Part shown: positions 39,795-52,498 of the stretch, in pieces
How the letters are laid out: the number at the start of each line of letters is the position of its first letter
Numbering within the stretch: the stretch's first letter is position 1
NCBI GenBank assembly: GCA_951406725.2
Contig: OX597823.1
Location: 26,288,001-26,352,000, forward strand
Direction: 5' to 3'
Length of the DNA: 64,000 bases
Source: Octopus vulgaris
Lineage: Eukaryota
Position numbers and translations under genes: made by a program
Notes under the pieces: generated by a model
The model's input: only the letters and a program-made list of their open reading frames with translations
Database searches by the model: none
What the model was told of the DNA's origin: nothing

Positions 39795-41388
39795 AATCTA
39801 TACAAATATCAAATACTGATGAGGTATTAGAAGGAAATATGGAAAATAAATCACTGCTGTTTGATCAAAATAATCTTCTTTATTCTGCAAGACATGTGAA
39901 TGGCTTTTTTGTAAAATGCCATTCAGTGAAAGGGGTGCAGAGCCACAAAAAGGTGAGAACCTCTGCAGCAGGCCTTTCATGCCCTTTTTTTGTTTTTAGA
40001 TATAATGCATTTAGAAATAGACTTTACTGTAAAATGATTGGTGATGAGAAGGGCATTGAAATGAAAAACTATGTCGAGCAGGAAAAAAAAGGACAAGTGG
40101 AGAAGCATACACCATACACTGCAGCAAAAGCAACCCATCAGGAAGGTTTGTAGTTATTAATAGAAACTGCTACTGGCAACCTCTTTAATTCTGGTGACAC
40201 AGGCAAAACTCCATGAGACCTGCATAGTTGATACAAATATGGAAAAAGCTAATATAAAATGATGATGAAGATGATTATAACTTGTCTTTTTTTAAAGATG
40301 ATATTATGAAGTTTGACTGCTATTTTCAAAGCCAAGTGACTGCATAGTCTTCTTCATTAACTCATTGCTTTACTTTGATTCACTGTGTATGCAATAATGA
40401 TGGGGTGGTCATGGCTGGAATATTTTTCATCATAAAGTCTGTTTGATCAGGGCTGACAAGTAATGGAACAGATAACACTGTGTAACAAAATTTTAATTGT
40501 TTTTTTTTTGTCTTTGGTCTGTAATTGTTACTTTCTATTTACTTCTAATTAGAAATCAAAGTAAATGACTTATTATTCCCTTCAAACTTTGCTTTTGTGA
40601 CCTGGAGATCAATGTTTTGAAACTGATCTCTTTTCCATTACATTTTAGACAGATTCAATACTGAATAGCAAATATTCTATTCAATACAACAGATTTGCTT
40701 GTCAATAACCACTTGAGCTTAATAGCTGACAATATGTGCATCTCTGATCATGAGCAGGAGTAGTGTGTTGATCACGAGCAGTTGTAGCAGGAACCATGTG
40801 TTGAGAGGGATTCTTTGGGGTTTGAATAAAATATAACAGAAGTAAAGTTTGAAGGAAATATTAACCATTTTTCATGTTTTCTAAAAGTAAGCAAATAGGA
40901 AATAACAGTTACTACCCAAGGACAGAAATCGTGTTACACAGTGTAATTCCTTTACTAAATAACTGTCTTTTCATACAAATCTTACCTGAAACCAGTTTTT
41001 CATAATGTTTAAAACTTTATCTAGATAAATACTGTAGAATGAATGCAGGTATGCACACCCACATTTTGCATCAAATCCATCTCCTCCTCTCCAACATACA
41101 CCCTCAGCCAGTAAAAAACATTTACCTGATTAGTAAGTATTCACTCTTAGGCTCATTACTAAGCTGTGTACTATCTCTATATCTTCCACATCATCATCAT
41201 CATCGTTTAACATCTGCTTTCCATGCTGGCATAGGCTGGACGGTTTGACTGAGGACTGTAAGCCAGAAGGCTGCACCAGGCTCCCACTATTAAATTTTTT
41301 TCCATGGCTTAAATTGAAAGAAGGAATGGCAGTTCTCTTGGGCTTTTTTTCAGGGTCTCTGAGAATAGTGACAGAAAAAAAAAGGAAA

Positions 41389-41746
41389 TCCTCATCTTGT
41401 TTGTTGTTAACACGTTTCGGCTGATACACCTTCCAGCCTTCTTCAGGTGTCTTGGGGAAATTTCAAACCTGGGTTCTCATTCCTAAGGTATTTTTCGATG
41501 TTATTATTATTATTATTATTGTTATTGTTCAGGTCACTGCTTGGAATTGAACTCGGAATCTTGGGGTTAGTAGCCTGCGCTCTTAACCAGTATGCCATAT
41601 GCCCATGGGCATATGGCGTAGTGGTTAATAATAACATTGAAAAATACCTTAGGAATGAGAACCCAGGTTCGAAATTTCCCCAAGACACCTGAAGAAGGCT
41701 GGAGGGTATATCAGCTGAAACGTGTTAACAACAAACAAGATGAGGA
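41389..41746. mobile_element. Head-to-head palindromic element: tRNA-like head, (AAT)n, hammerhead-like tail
   Basis: Arms mirror about catatgccca|tgggcatatg (41605/41606); box A TGGCGTAGTGG, box B GAGTTCAATTCC (- strand, 41543-41554); CTGAAGA-A-GGCTG..CAGCY-GAAAC in both arms. Confidence 0.85.
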
Positions 41747-42149
41747 CAAATATCGAATGTAAAAAATGTACATAATTCCTCATCTCTTAAATATAGAACT
41801 GAAAAAAAAGTAAGTCATCACAGGTGACTTGGTTTGAATTCTTACAACCAAGTGGTGGATTCCACAAATTGTACCCAAGGATCAAGTGATCACTCAAAAA
41901 CAGGAATGTTCTTACTGAAAAACCTCCACACAGATTCACTCACAAGACTTTGATTTACTCCCACTGCATGGCATCTTTGATCATGCAGCAAAATTGAATC
42001 CAAGACTATGATAGTTGTGAAGCAAACTTCTTAACCACACAAACAGGTTTTACACCCTACAATCATGTTTACTCCTCTAAATTTATTTAGTTTTAAAATC
42101 ATAGTCATGTAACTGGCACCCATGCCAGTGGCATGTAAAAAGCACCTCT

Positions 42150-42232
42150 TGAGCATTGAGCCTCATGCATTGAGCATTGAGCCTCATGCATTGAGCATTG
42201 AGCCTCATGCATTGAGCATTGAGCCTCATGCA
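42150..42232. repeat. 21-bp minisatellite (about 4 copies) inside an RTE-tailed SINE
   Basis: Unit gcattgagcattgagcctcat. Confidence 0.9.
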
Positions 42233-43057
42233 GGCAATGACTGAAACCTTTGGCATTATTTCATGCTTGAGAAGAAGTCCCATCAAGCCAAGTAAAATCA
42301 CAGTCGTGGCTGATACCAGTGTTATGCAAATGGCACCTGTGCCGGTGGCATGTAAAAGCACCCATTACACTCTTGGAGTGGTTGGTGTGAGGAAGGGCAT
42401 CCAGCCATAGAAACCATACCAAATCAGACTGGAGTCTGGTGCAGGCTTCCAGCTTACCAGCCCTGGTCAAACTGTCCAACCCATGCCAACATGAACAAAA
42501 GATGCTGGTTAAAAGTGGTGTTGTTGGTTGCAGGTTTCCAACTGGCCAACCACCAGATCAATGTATTTCTAAGTGCAGAAGTAACAAGGGAGTGCCTATA
42601 ACTCATTGAAGAACAAATGTCTTAAAAAATTTCATTTGCGAAGTAGCTGTTTTTCAATGTTCTTGACGTTTTCTTGCCTCTATGATATATATTGGCAAAA
42701 AATGTACCTCCCTCACAACACTCATACTTCAATTTTATGTCGATTTTCCTATTTTTGAATGGGTCAGGCTGGTCCTCTCCAGCACAGTGCTTCATTCTGA
42801 GCTGCAGTTCTTTGTTATCACCTTCATGACTTCCACTTTGTCCCCTGTCTTTCTTAGCCTCCTTCTTTTTCAGTCTTCATCCACTTCAAGCACTTAACAT
42901 TTCTACATACAACTGGTTTATTCCATACACATCGCATGTCCATACCAGCATTATCTTCTCTCCTGACTCTGTATGTCTGATTTTTTTTTATATCCAGTTT
43001 TCTTGTCATTTAATTTGCTTCCTACAAACCTCTCACCTGGTTATTTTACACTTTCAG

Positions 43058-43164
43058 TGTCAATGTTGTGTTTATTGATAAAGATGGTGAAAAACATCAT
43101 ATAAGAGGGAAAATTGGTGATAACATTCTCTATCTTGCTCACAGATATAACATTCCCCTTGAAG
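43058..43164 (+). CDS. FDX2: Ferredoxin-2 exon 3
   Basis: ctttcag|T GTC...GAA G|gtatga; VNVVFIDKDGEKHHIRGKIGDNILYLAHRYNIPLE(G), the adrenodoxin-family N-terminal strands. Confidence 0.95.
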
Positions 43165-43188
43165 GTATGATAATATTTATACATCATG

Positions 43189-43258
<70 letters not shown>

Positions 43259-44279
43259 GAAATGTGTGTTTGCCCTCCCCCTTGCTCTCTGCTTCTGTAT
43301 ATCTATAATTATTTATCTTTTACTTGCTTCAGTCATTGGACTGCAGCTGGGCTGAAGTCCTGCCTTGAAGGGTTTAGTGAAAGAAATTGACCCCAGGACT
43401 TATTTAAGTCTGGTACTTATTCTATTGGTATCCTTAACTGAACTGCTAAGTTATGAGGATGTAAACAAACCAACACTTCTCAAACAGAGATGTAGGAGAA
43501 GCACATGGGCTTCTTTTAGTTTCTATCTACAGATTTATTCACAACTTTTGGTCAGCTTGAGACTGTTGTAGAAGACACTTATCCAAGGGACCATGCAGAA
43601 CTTGAAATCGTGTAGTTGAAAAGCATGCTTTTTACCCCACAGCCTAAGGAAAAGCTGTTCTATTCTGTTCCTTATATCATCATCATCATCGTTATCGTTT
43701 AATGTCCGCCTCCATGCTGGCATGGGTTGGAGGGTTTGACAGGAGCTGGCCAGGCAGGAGCCTGCACCAGACTTCTGTGTCTGTTTTGGCAGGGTTTTAC
43801 AGCTGGATGCAGTTTGTAACACCAACAGAGTGAACCAGGTGCTTTTTACATGGCACAAGCACAGGCGAGGTCAGTTTTGGCATGGTTTTTACAGCTGGGT
43901 GGCTCAAGTTATGAAAGTAGTAGAAAGGGTTAAAAGGTAAAGACCCTCTTCAGTCATAAATGACTATGGGATTGGATCTAGAAAGTTCTCTTCCGAGGCA
44001 CAAGGCCAGGCAATGTTGTTTATGGTAGACCATCAGTTACCCATGAATACCAGCCTCCCCTCTGCAGGACATCACTGATGTTATTCAAGGGAAAGGCAAA
44101 GACTGATACAGCTTGGAACCAGTGATGTCGAAACTCATTTCTATAGCTGAATGAATTGGAGCAATGTGAAATAAAGTGTCTTGCCCAAGAAAGCAACACA
44201 CAGCCCAGTCTGGGAATAGAACTCGCTACCTCATAATTGTGAGCGTGGTGATCTAACCACTGAGCTACACACCGTCAAG

Positions 44280-45300
44280 GGTTACCACACTGTTGATTAA
44301 GAAATTAGAGGAGATGCAGTTTGGGTTTGTGCCAGGACAGAGTACCACTAATACCCTCTCCTTAGTGAGACAGCTCAAGAGAATTTCTTAGCTAAGAGTA
44401 AGCCACTATGCTTAGTATTTATTAACCTGAAAATATTTTTGACTGTGTACCATTTTTTTGTGGTTGGGTGGTCACTAAAGATATTTGATGTAAATGGAAA
44501 ACTTATGTGAGTTTTGCAAGCCATGTATAATTATACGTTTGAATCTTGACATGCTGCTGTTTTTATTGGACTCAGTTCTTATCTCCCATCTATTTATTAT
44601 AATTCTCCAGGCCATAACAGAGGAGTCCAAGAATGGCTGTTTGTGGGAACTCCTGTATGCTGATAACCTTGTTCTCATAGCTGAGAGAAGTTCCAAGCAT
44701 AGAAGTAGAGCCTAGAATCAAGAATTATAAAAAATAAATCTCATGAAGACAAAAATCTTAGCAAGACTGGAAATTGGTCGTGCTTGATATTCTTCTTCTT
44801 ACAGCATTCACCCGGGGTGGGTTGAGCTGGCTTCATTCATCCTCAATGCTGTCAAAAAAGGTTTAGATAGAAATTCTATTTTGTGTTCCTAATATAAACT
44901 TTGGGTGCATAAGTGGTGCAGTGAGATCATGGGCAGGCTCACACACACACAAAAATTCATATAGCAGATGCACAAAAATAGTCAACAGTAAGAGCATCCA
45001 TGAAATGAACTCTAATTGCTAGAAGTGGTTGATAGCTTCTATTACCTAGGTGACCTAATTAGCAGAGGAGGTAAATGTTTTGGAAGTAATATAACTAGAG
45101 TAAGAATAGGATAGGCAAAGTTGAGGGAACTATTGGTCTTACTAGCAATGAAGGGATTCTTTCTCCAAGTAAAGAGCAGATTGTATGATGTTTGTGTATG
45201 AATTGTGATACTCCATAATAGCAAAATATGGGCATTGATTGCTTGAAATGTAATGGTTAGAAAGAAATGAAGCAAGAATTGGTCTGCTGGATATGTCATA
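44280..45300 (+). pseudogene. Degenerate RTE-clade LINE
   Basis: EMQFGFVPGQSTT...LVRQL, LFIIILQAITEE..GCLWELLYADNLVLIAE and VDSFYYLGDLISRGG motifs, with deletions. Confidence 0.8.
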
Positions 45301-46277
45301 AGACATAGAAAGAAGTGGTGAAGCTTGATCTTAGGAGGCTGGACTTCACAAAGGTTGACTAAGTGATGAGTGGCTGTAACAAGTGGCAAGACACTTTGTG
45401 AAAGTTCAATCAATCCATGCACTGAGTTGGTTGGGAGTCTTCATAAAAGTGGGGAAAAAATGGACTTAAAATGTCTTAAAATACAATTCGTGCAAAATTT
45501 TTGACCTTGTTTCTATATAAGAAATCAACATTACTATCAACATATAATGATTTATGACATTAGTACACAACCACAAATATAGAAGGGAAAGATCAAATTG
45601 ATTCTACTTTATAGTTGCTACATTTTTTTGTTAATTTCAAATGAAAAAAATGAAAAATTGGACTCAAGATTTGAATTCAGAATGTAAATCAGTGTAACTA
45701 AATATCTCAATGTCGTCTGCCAGTTTGTTTTAAATGGCTGCTATGAGCTATGACTAACTCTGTCAAGGTGCAATTACCTTAGTTTCTGTACATCACAGCA
45801 TCAGATTAAATCCTTTTCCAAGTTAGTGCTACTAAATAATTGTTTTAATACTAGTAGAAAGATATATTTTTCAATGCTTAAGTTCTGATAGAACAGCATA
45901 TAATGCATGGATTGATTGAGCTTTCACAAAGTGTCTTGCCACTTGTTACACTCACTCATATACAGAGCAGAAAAATCTGTCAGCAACCAGCCATGACTCA
46001 AGCTCACATCCCTTCAATTTCCAGTCAAAATGCTTTACCATTTAAGCTAAACTGTTTTACTGACAAATTCTTCTGCAATTTAGAATTTATAAACTCATCT
46101 GTAAACGCTAGATTGAATAGAAATTACGTCATATGTAAACAAACATAAGTTTGTTTTTAAAGTGCTGAAATGTATTGTAGTACAAGTAGAAAGATATATT
46201 TTTTTCAACGTGTAAGTACTGATAGAACAGCATATGTAGGATAAAATCCTTAGAGTAGAAAAATGTTTTAATTCTGA

Positions 46278-46385
<108 letters not shown>

Positions 46386-47674
46386 TAAGTGACCCTTTCA
46401 TCACTCATCCCCATCGTTCTTCTATTCCTGGCTGTGATACTCTCACTCTGTGCTTAGAATTCACTTTCAGAGCAATTTAAAATTTTTCAGTAACTTAGTA
46501 AAATAATTATCATAGTCATTAAGTTATATATTTGTTACTTTTTAAAAAGCATTAATTAGAAGATGAGGAGCAGTGGGAGTGGCTGCCATGATCTTTATTT
46601 TTTACTTGTTTCAGTCTGGCCATGCTGGGGCATCGCATTGAAGAGCTTTTTAATTGAACAAATCAACCCCAGGATTTGTTTTAAGCTTAGCACACACACA
46701 TATATATATGAGAGACTTCTTTTAGTTTCCTTCTACCAAATCCACTCACAAGGCTTTCATTGGCCTAAGGCTATATTAGAAGATACTTGCCCAAGATGCC
46801 ATGCAGTGGGACTGAACCCAGAACCATGTGGTTGGGAAGCAAGCTTCTTACCACACAGCCACGCCTCCTTCTGACTCTCTTCTTACTAATAGAAGAGAGT
46901 GATTTCGTTGATGTTTGGTTTGATGCCTCTAAGGCAAGGGAAGAATTCTGGTGAGTTGCAGGAAATGGGTAAAGTATTTAGGACAGAATCTGGCAAGTGA
47001 CACACAGTAAAGGTGAAGATAGTAGGAGAGAGTATAGATGTTGCTAGTTCTAAGAGTGGAGGACATCATATAAGAGGCAGAATGAAGAAATAGCCCATCA
47101 GTGAGCCAGTGGCTCTGGCATTTTGGGGAGAGTGGATCTTTTAACAGTCAACAGAATAGTTGCTGTTTTATTGGATATGGTTTAGAATGTTTATCTGTGT
47201 ATGTGTAGTAATAGCACAGTCCTAGATATGTGAGCAAAGTTTTCCAATGTTGATTTTCATTTGAGCCATCTAGAGAGTCATTTGTAGTTGTGATGGTAAA
47301 AGCAAAGATAGGAAACAGTGGCATGCCTGTGAGTTTGTGGCCATAGGGTTTAGTGGCAACAGTACTGTCCATCTTTCTTGGCTGTTTGTGTTTGTTTTAT
47401 ATCCATCAACTATTTAGGGGTGAGAAAGACAAAAGGGCACAAGATATAAATCTCCAACTTTCATGTCAACTATTTTCATTATTTTCTTGGTTAATTTCTA
47501 ATATCGTCATCATCATCATCATCCTTTAACGTCTGTTTTTCATGCTGGCATGGGTTGGACGGTTTGACTGAGGTCTGGAAAGCCAGTAGGCTGCACCAGG
47601 CTCCAATCTGATCTGGCAGTATTTCTACAGCTGGATGCCCTTCCTAATGCCAACTACTCCAAGAGTGTAGTGTG

Positions 47675-48008
47675 TGCTTTTTATGTGCCACTGGCACAGG
47701 AGCCAGTCAGATGGCCCTGGCATTGATCATGTTCAGATAGTGCTTTTTACATGCCACCGGCATGGGAGCCAGTTGGGGTGCACTGGCATTGATCATGTTC
47801 GGATAGTGCTTTTTACATGCCACCGGTATGGGAGCCAGTTGGGGGGCACTGGCATTGATCATGTTCGGATAGTGCTTTTTACATGACACCGGCATGGGAG
47901 CCAGTTGGGGGGCACTGGCATTGATCATGTTCGGATAGTGCTTTTTACATGCCACCGGCATGGGAGCCAGTCGGGGGGCACTGGCATTGGCCACATTCAG
48001 ATGGTGCT
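47675..48008. repeat. ~63-bp tandem repeat (about 5 copies) within an RTE-tailed SINE
   Basis: Unit gtgctttttacatgccaccggcatgggagccagttggggggcactggcattgatcatgttcggata; more diverged arrays at 58775-59050 (reverse) and 62880-63050. Confidence 0.92.
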
Positions 48009-49833
48009 AAATATATTTAAAACAGTTAAAATGAATCAATGACATGAACATGTGACGATACTTGCTTTCTTTCTTGGCTGCCTGTCCACCTTCTCACCTT
48101 CAGTTTTCATAAAGCATATCAGGTTGTACCACCTTAGCAGCAAACTGATGTATTACTATGGAGATTGTCTCATTCTCAGAGACAAGATATTTCCCACCTA
48201 CTTACATGACAAAAGCAACTTTTATGCCAGTGGTCACTGACTGCCACTTTCAGCTCCTTACAATCTAAACTCCTCCCCAAATTATAGATATATGAATTCC
48301 CAGCCATAGATAAGAAGTCCCTGCAATTTCAGACTTCAGTCTAAGCAAGTTTGGTTACCACATCATGGATTCAGCTTCTTACTTCCATCACTAGTTTCCT
48401 CCTTATATACTCTGGTCATATTTAACATGCCTAGCTGCTTCTGGGCTTGGTAGCCATCCTTCTTTCTTAATCAAACATTTGAGTAAGGACAAAACATCAT
48501 CCTTGCCCAAAGAACCTGATAATCGATATACCTGACCAGCCACCAGTAGTCTAAGACAATAAGTTGTTCTGTTAAGTACCTTCCACTGCCACCAACACCA
48601 CCACTACCACCTTGGAAACAACTTCATGCCTAGTCACTGCAGAGTACCACTCTCTTCCTTTATAATGGGGACAGCCTAATCCTCTGCCAGTGAGAGTCCT
48701 TGTACAGACTCCAAGACATTGAATGTAGTATCACTTCTATGATGGCATCCAGCTTCAAATCTATGTCAAAAATGGAAGAATTATATACTCAATTTACTGC
48801 ATAGAAAGCAACCTGTCAAGGTGAGCAGTAATCCAAATAAGGACTGACACAGAACAGAGGTGATACTTTAATGGACTTCCCTCAACTCTTTAGTCCTCCC
48901 CATATGAGTCCTTTCTAATGCTGATGCTATGATGAAACATATGCAGTTCACTCTAGGACATTCACAATGTCCATAGATAGCTTTTTTATTCAGTTTTTGT
49001 GCATGTAAGGTGATGTGGACTCTGACATGTAGAAAAATGGTCATAAAAAATTATGCTGATGACATTATTGATGTTGTGGATAAGAATGTTATCTTTAGAA
49101 ATAAAGATGCTTAGATTAAATCCAGCTCAGTAATATGTACAAATCAGAGATTAAGATTCTTGATGAATCCAATCAGTGATCAAACTGATAGAAACATAAT
49201 GTAGATATAAATAGTCTAAAAAATGTTTTATTACCAAAAATAAGTTTAGTTAAATAAAGAAATTATGAATATAACCGTTTTTTATTTGGAATTAAAAAAT
49301 TAAATTTATTTTTCTTTATATTTTAAATTTATTAATCAAATTTGAATTACATTGTTAATATGTTTTTGGTATGGGAGTTGGAGTGAATGGACAGGGAGAA
49401 ATAATTATTGTCAATACTTAAGATATTTTTAGGCCCAGTTAATCAAAATCTTAATTAAAACTTTTAAGATTACAGCTGCAGAAATTTTAATCTCATTTAT
49501 TTTTAGAAAAGCTTTTTCAATATTTACATGAAGGCAGTGGATTAGCAGAATTGTTAGATCTGCAGTATTTGTTCCACCTTTATATATATCTTAGATTCTA
49601 ATCTGCTGAGATCAACTCTTATCCTTCATCCTTCCAGCATTGATAAAATAAAGTACCTGTGAAATATTAGAGTCCCTTAAATTTTTGGCCTTGTGGCCTG
49701 TGTTAGAAACATTTTGCTCAGTTGGTTCTCTCATCAAGTTATCAGCAACAACTCATCTCAGACATTTAAATATTTGAACAACAAAAGAGAGTTTTACATT
49801 GTAGATTTTTGATTTCTAATTTTCTTTCTTCAG

Positions 49834-49886
49834 AGAAGACGACATGTTAGATATGGCACCATTTTTGAAAGAAAATTCCAGACTTG
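49834..49886 (+). CDS. FDX2: Ferredoxin-2 exon 5
   Basis: ttcttcag|A GAA GAC GAC ATG...CTT G|gtaaga; EDDMLDMAPFLKENSRL(G), the reductase-recognition helix. Confidence 0.97.
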
Positions 49887-51500
49887 GTAAGACATTTATT
49901 ATACTCTTACTCTTTACTCTTTTTCTTGTTTCAGTCATTTGACTGCGGCCATGCTGGAGCACCACCTTTTAGTCGAGCAAATCGACTACGGGACTTATTC
50001 TTTGTAAGCCCAGTACTTATTCTATCGGTCTCTTTTGCCGAGCCGCTAAGTGATGGGGATGTAAACACCCCAGCATCGGTTGTCAAGCAATGCTAGGGGG
50101 ACAAACACAGACACACACATACATATACATATATATACATATATACGACAGGCTTCTTTCAGTTTCCGTCTACCAAATCCACTAACAAGGCATTGGTTGG
50201 CCCGGGGTTATAGCAGAAGACACTTGCCCAAGATGCCACGCAGTGGGACTGAACCCAGAACCATGTGGTTGGTAAGCAAGCTACTTACCACACAGCCACT
50301 CCTTCATTAAATTGTCAGACAATATTTAGTTATTGCTCTTTATATTCTGAGTTCAAATCCTGCTAAGGTTGACTTTAGCTTTCATCCCTTTGTGGCAAAT
50401 AAAATAAAGTACAAGTCAAATATTGAAGCTGATGTCATCAACTATACCCTGCACCAAACTGGGTGACCCTAGTGTCAATGCTAGAAATAATTGTTATGAA
50501 GAAGATGATGAATTAGTGGAGTTGGTGACCAAATAGCAGAAATAGAATCATGTGAGTCTTGTCTATATCATTGTTCTGCTATGATCTGCACATGTAACAC
50601 TTAACCCTTTAGCATTTAAACCAATCATATCTATCCCAAATATCCTACCTGTTTGTATCTTAAACCCTACAATGTCATTCTAAAAGTAAACAATTACATC
50701 ATCAAAATCTTGAAGCTATGAGATAATGCATGATTAATTGAAAGCAATGTGAATAAACAAGCATCACCTTTCAGAGTAACCTGAATGTTAATGGGTTGAT
50801 CTATGGAATGAAATTAAAGGAATAATGTTATACACAAAACAAATGACTGAAAGAAGCAAATGAAGGACGTAATCATCATCATCGTTTAATGTCCGTTTTC
50901 CATGCTAGCATGGGTTGGACGGTTCAACTGGGGCTGCCCCAGGCCCAGTCTGATCTGGTAGTGTTTCTACGACTGGATGCCCTTCCTAACGCCAACCACT
51001 CCGTGAGTGTAGTGGGTGCTTTTTACGTGCCACCTGCACAGGTGCCAGATGAGGCTGGCAAACGGCCACGATCGGATGGTGCTTTTTACGTGCCACCGGC
51101 ACAGGCGTGCCAAGGTGCATGGCTCAGTGGTTAGAGCATTGAGCTTATGATTGTGAGGTTATGAGTTCCATTTCTGGATCGGGCTGCATGTTGTGTTCTT
51201 AAGCAAGACAATTTATTTCATGATGCTCCAGTTCACTCAGCTGTAGAAATGAGTTGTGATATGACCGGTGTCAATGTGTATCGGCCTTTGCCTTTCCCTT
51301 GGATAACATTGGTGGTGTGGAGAGGGGAGGCTGGTATGCATGGGTGGCTGCTGGTCTTCCATAAAAACAACCCTAAGTTGTGCATTCGCCGGTGAGGCAA
51401 CTTTCCACCCAGACTTACCCATGGTCATTCATGACTGACGGAGTCGAGTCATATATATATATATATATATATTAAACCTTGCTAAGTTAGATATTTCAAT

Positions 51501-51563
51501 CACCTGAAGAATGACTGTAACTCGAATTTTTATGAATTGGACAGCCATGAAACGATCGTAGTG
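51501..51563 (+). ncRNA. Type I hammerhead ribozyme motif
   Basis: cac-CTGAAGA-atgactgt(loop)acagccat-GAAA-cgatc-GTA-gtg: helix I 3 bp, helix II 7/8 bp, palindromic helix III ACGATCGT. Confidence 0.75.
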
Positions 51564-51785
51564 TTATACTAATTATCTTTTTTTAATAATTTTGATATAT
51601 ATTTAAAATAATATAAATTAATTAATCTTATGTATTGGCTTAAGTTTTTCTTTGTATGATTTGCCTAATAGTGGTTTTATCTCTAATTTAATATAATATA
51701 TATATATACCAGAGTAAGCACATAAAAGTGAAACAAGGTGGAAAAAATAGCACTCGAATACCGGCAGTAAAGTAAAATGCTTTAT

Positions 51786-51928
51786 TAATAAAGATGCAAA
51801 GACATCACAAAAACTGTTACTCAGAGTTTCACATTCCCGCTTGTCAGACATCTCAATCAAAACCGTCTGATGAATGGGAATGTGAAATTCTGAGTAACAG
51901 TTTTTGTGATGTCATTGCATCTGTATTA
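51786..51928. repeat. Fold-back hairpin of two opposed hammerhead-like copies
   Basis: ~65-bp arms; + strand aaaaccgt-CTGATGA-atg-ggaa-tgt-GAAA-ttctga-GTA-acagtttt (51859-51904); the - strand copy has CTGACAA. Confidence 0.8.
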
Positions 51929-52394
51929 GTGTGTGTGTATATATATATATATGTCATGGATGTTGTGCCTCATGGAGGAGATTACAATGGACTGAGATGT
52001 CTAGAGATATGAGGTTCTTGAAAAGATCCACCCACCTCAGCAAAACATGATGTCTTTTTTGTTTAAGAAGGAACACAGGGTAGTCCAGTTGAATATTTGA
52101 ATTTCTACATTTCTGTGTACTTTCCATTATTCTGGTCTTATTTTGAACCTGAAGAAGACAGATGTACTTTTGAAATATTGTTGAGTTCAATAAACAAAAT
52201 CAATCTGTTTCTTTATTTCATATTGCACTCTTTATATTCTGAGATCAACTTTGTCTTTCATCATTTTGAGGTTCATGAAATAAGTACCAGTTAAGCACTG
52301 AGGTTGATCTAATTGATTAGTCCTTTCCTTCCAAACTTTCAGGCCTTGTGCCTATAATAGAAAGTATTATTATTATTATTTTTTCTTTTTTCAG

Positions 52395-52498
52395 GTTGTC
52401 AAATTATTTTGACTAAAGAATTGGAAGGCCTTGAACTGACTCTACCTCCAGCTACACGAAACTTCTACGTTGATGGCCATGAACCTACGCCCCATTGA
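52395..52498 (+). CDS. FDX2: Ferredoxin-2 exon 6 (terminal)
   Basis: ttttcag|GT TGT CAA...CAT TGA; GCQIILTKELEGLELTLPPATRNFYVDGHEPTPH*, with the fourth Cys and the FDX2-type RNFYVDGHxPxPH tail. The six exons sum to 561 nt (186 aa plus stop). Confidence 0.97.

Noticed and set aside
39839-40153. 104-aa ORF in FDX2 intron 2
   Set aside because: No recognisable motif or fitting splice phases; FDX2 is complete without it.
41443-41692. Two near-identical 81-aa ORFs on opposite strands
   Set aside because: A by-product of the palindrome, not a gene pair.
47675-48008. Regularly spaced repeats resembling a CRISPR array
   Set aside because: Head-to-tail units with no unique spacers, inside a SINE, in eukaryotic DNA with no cas genes.
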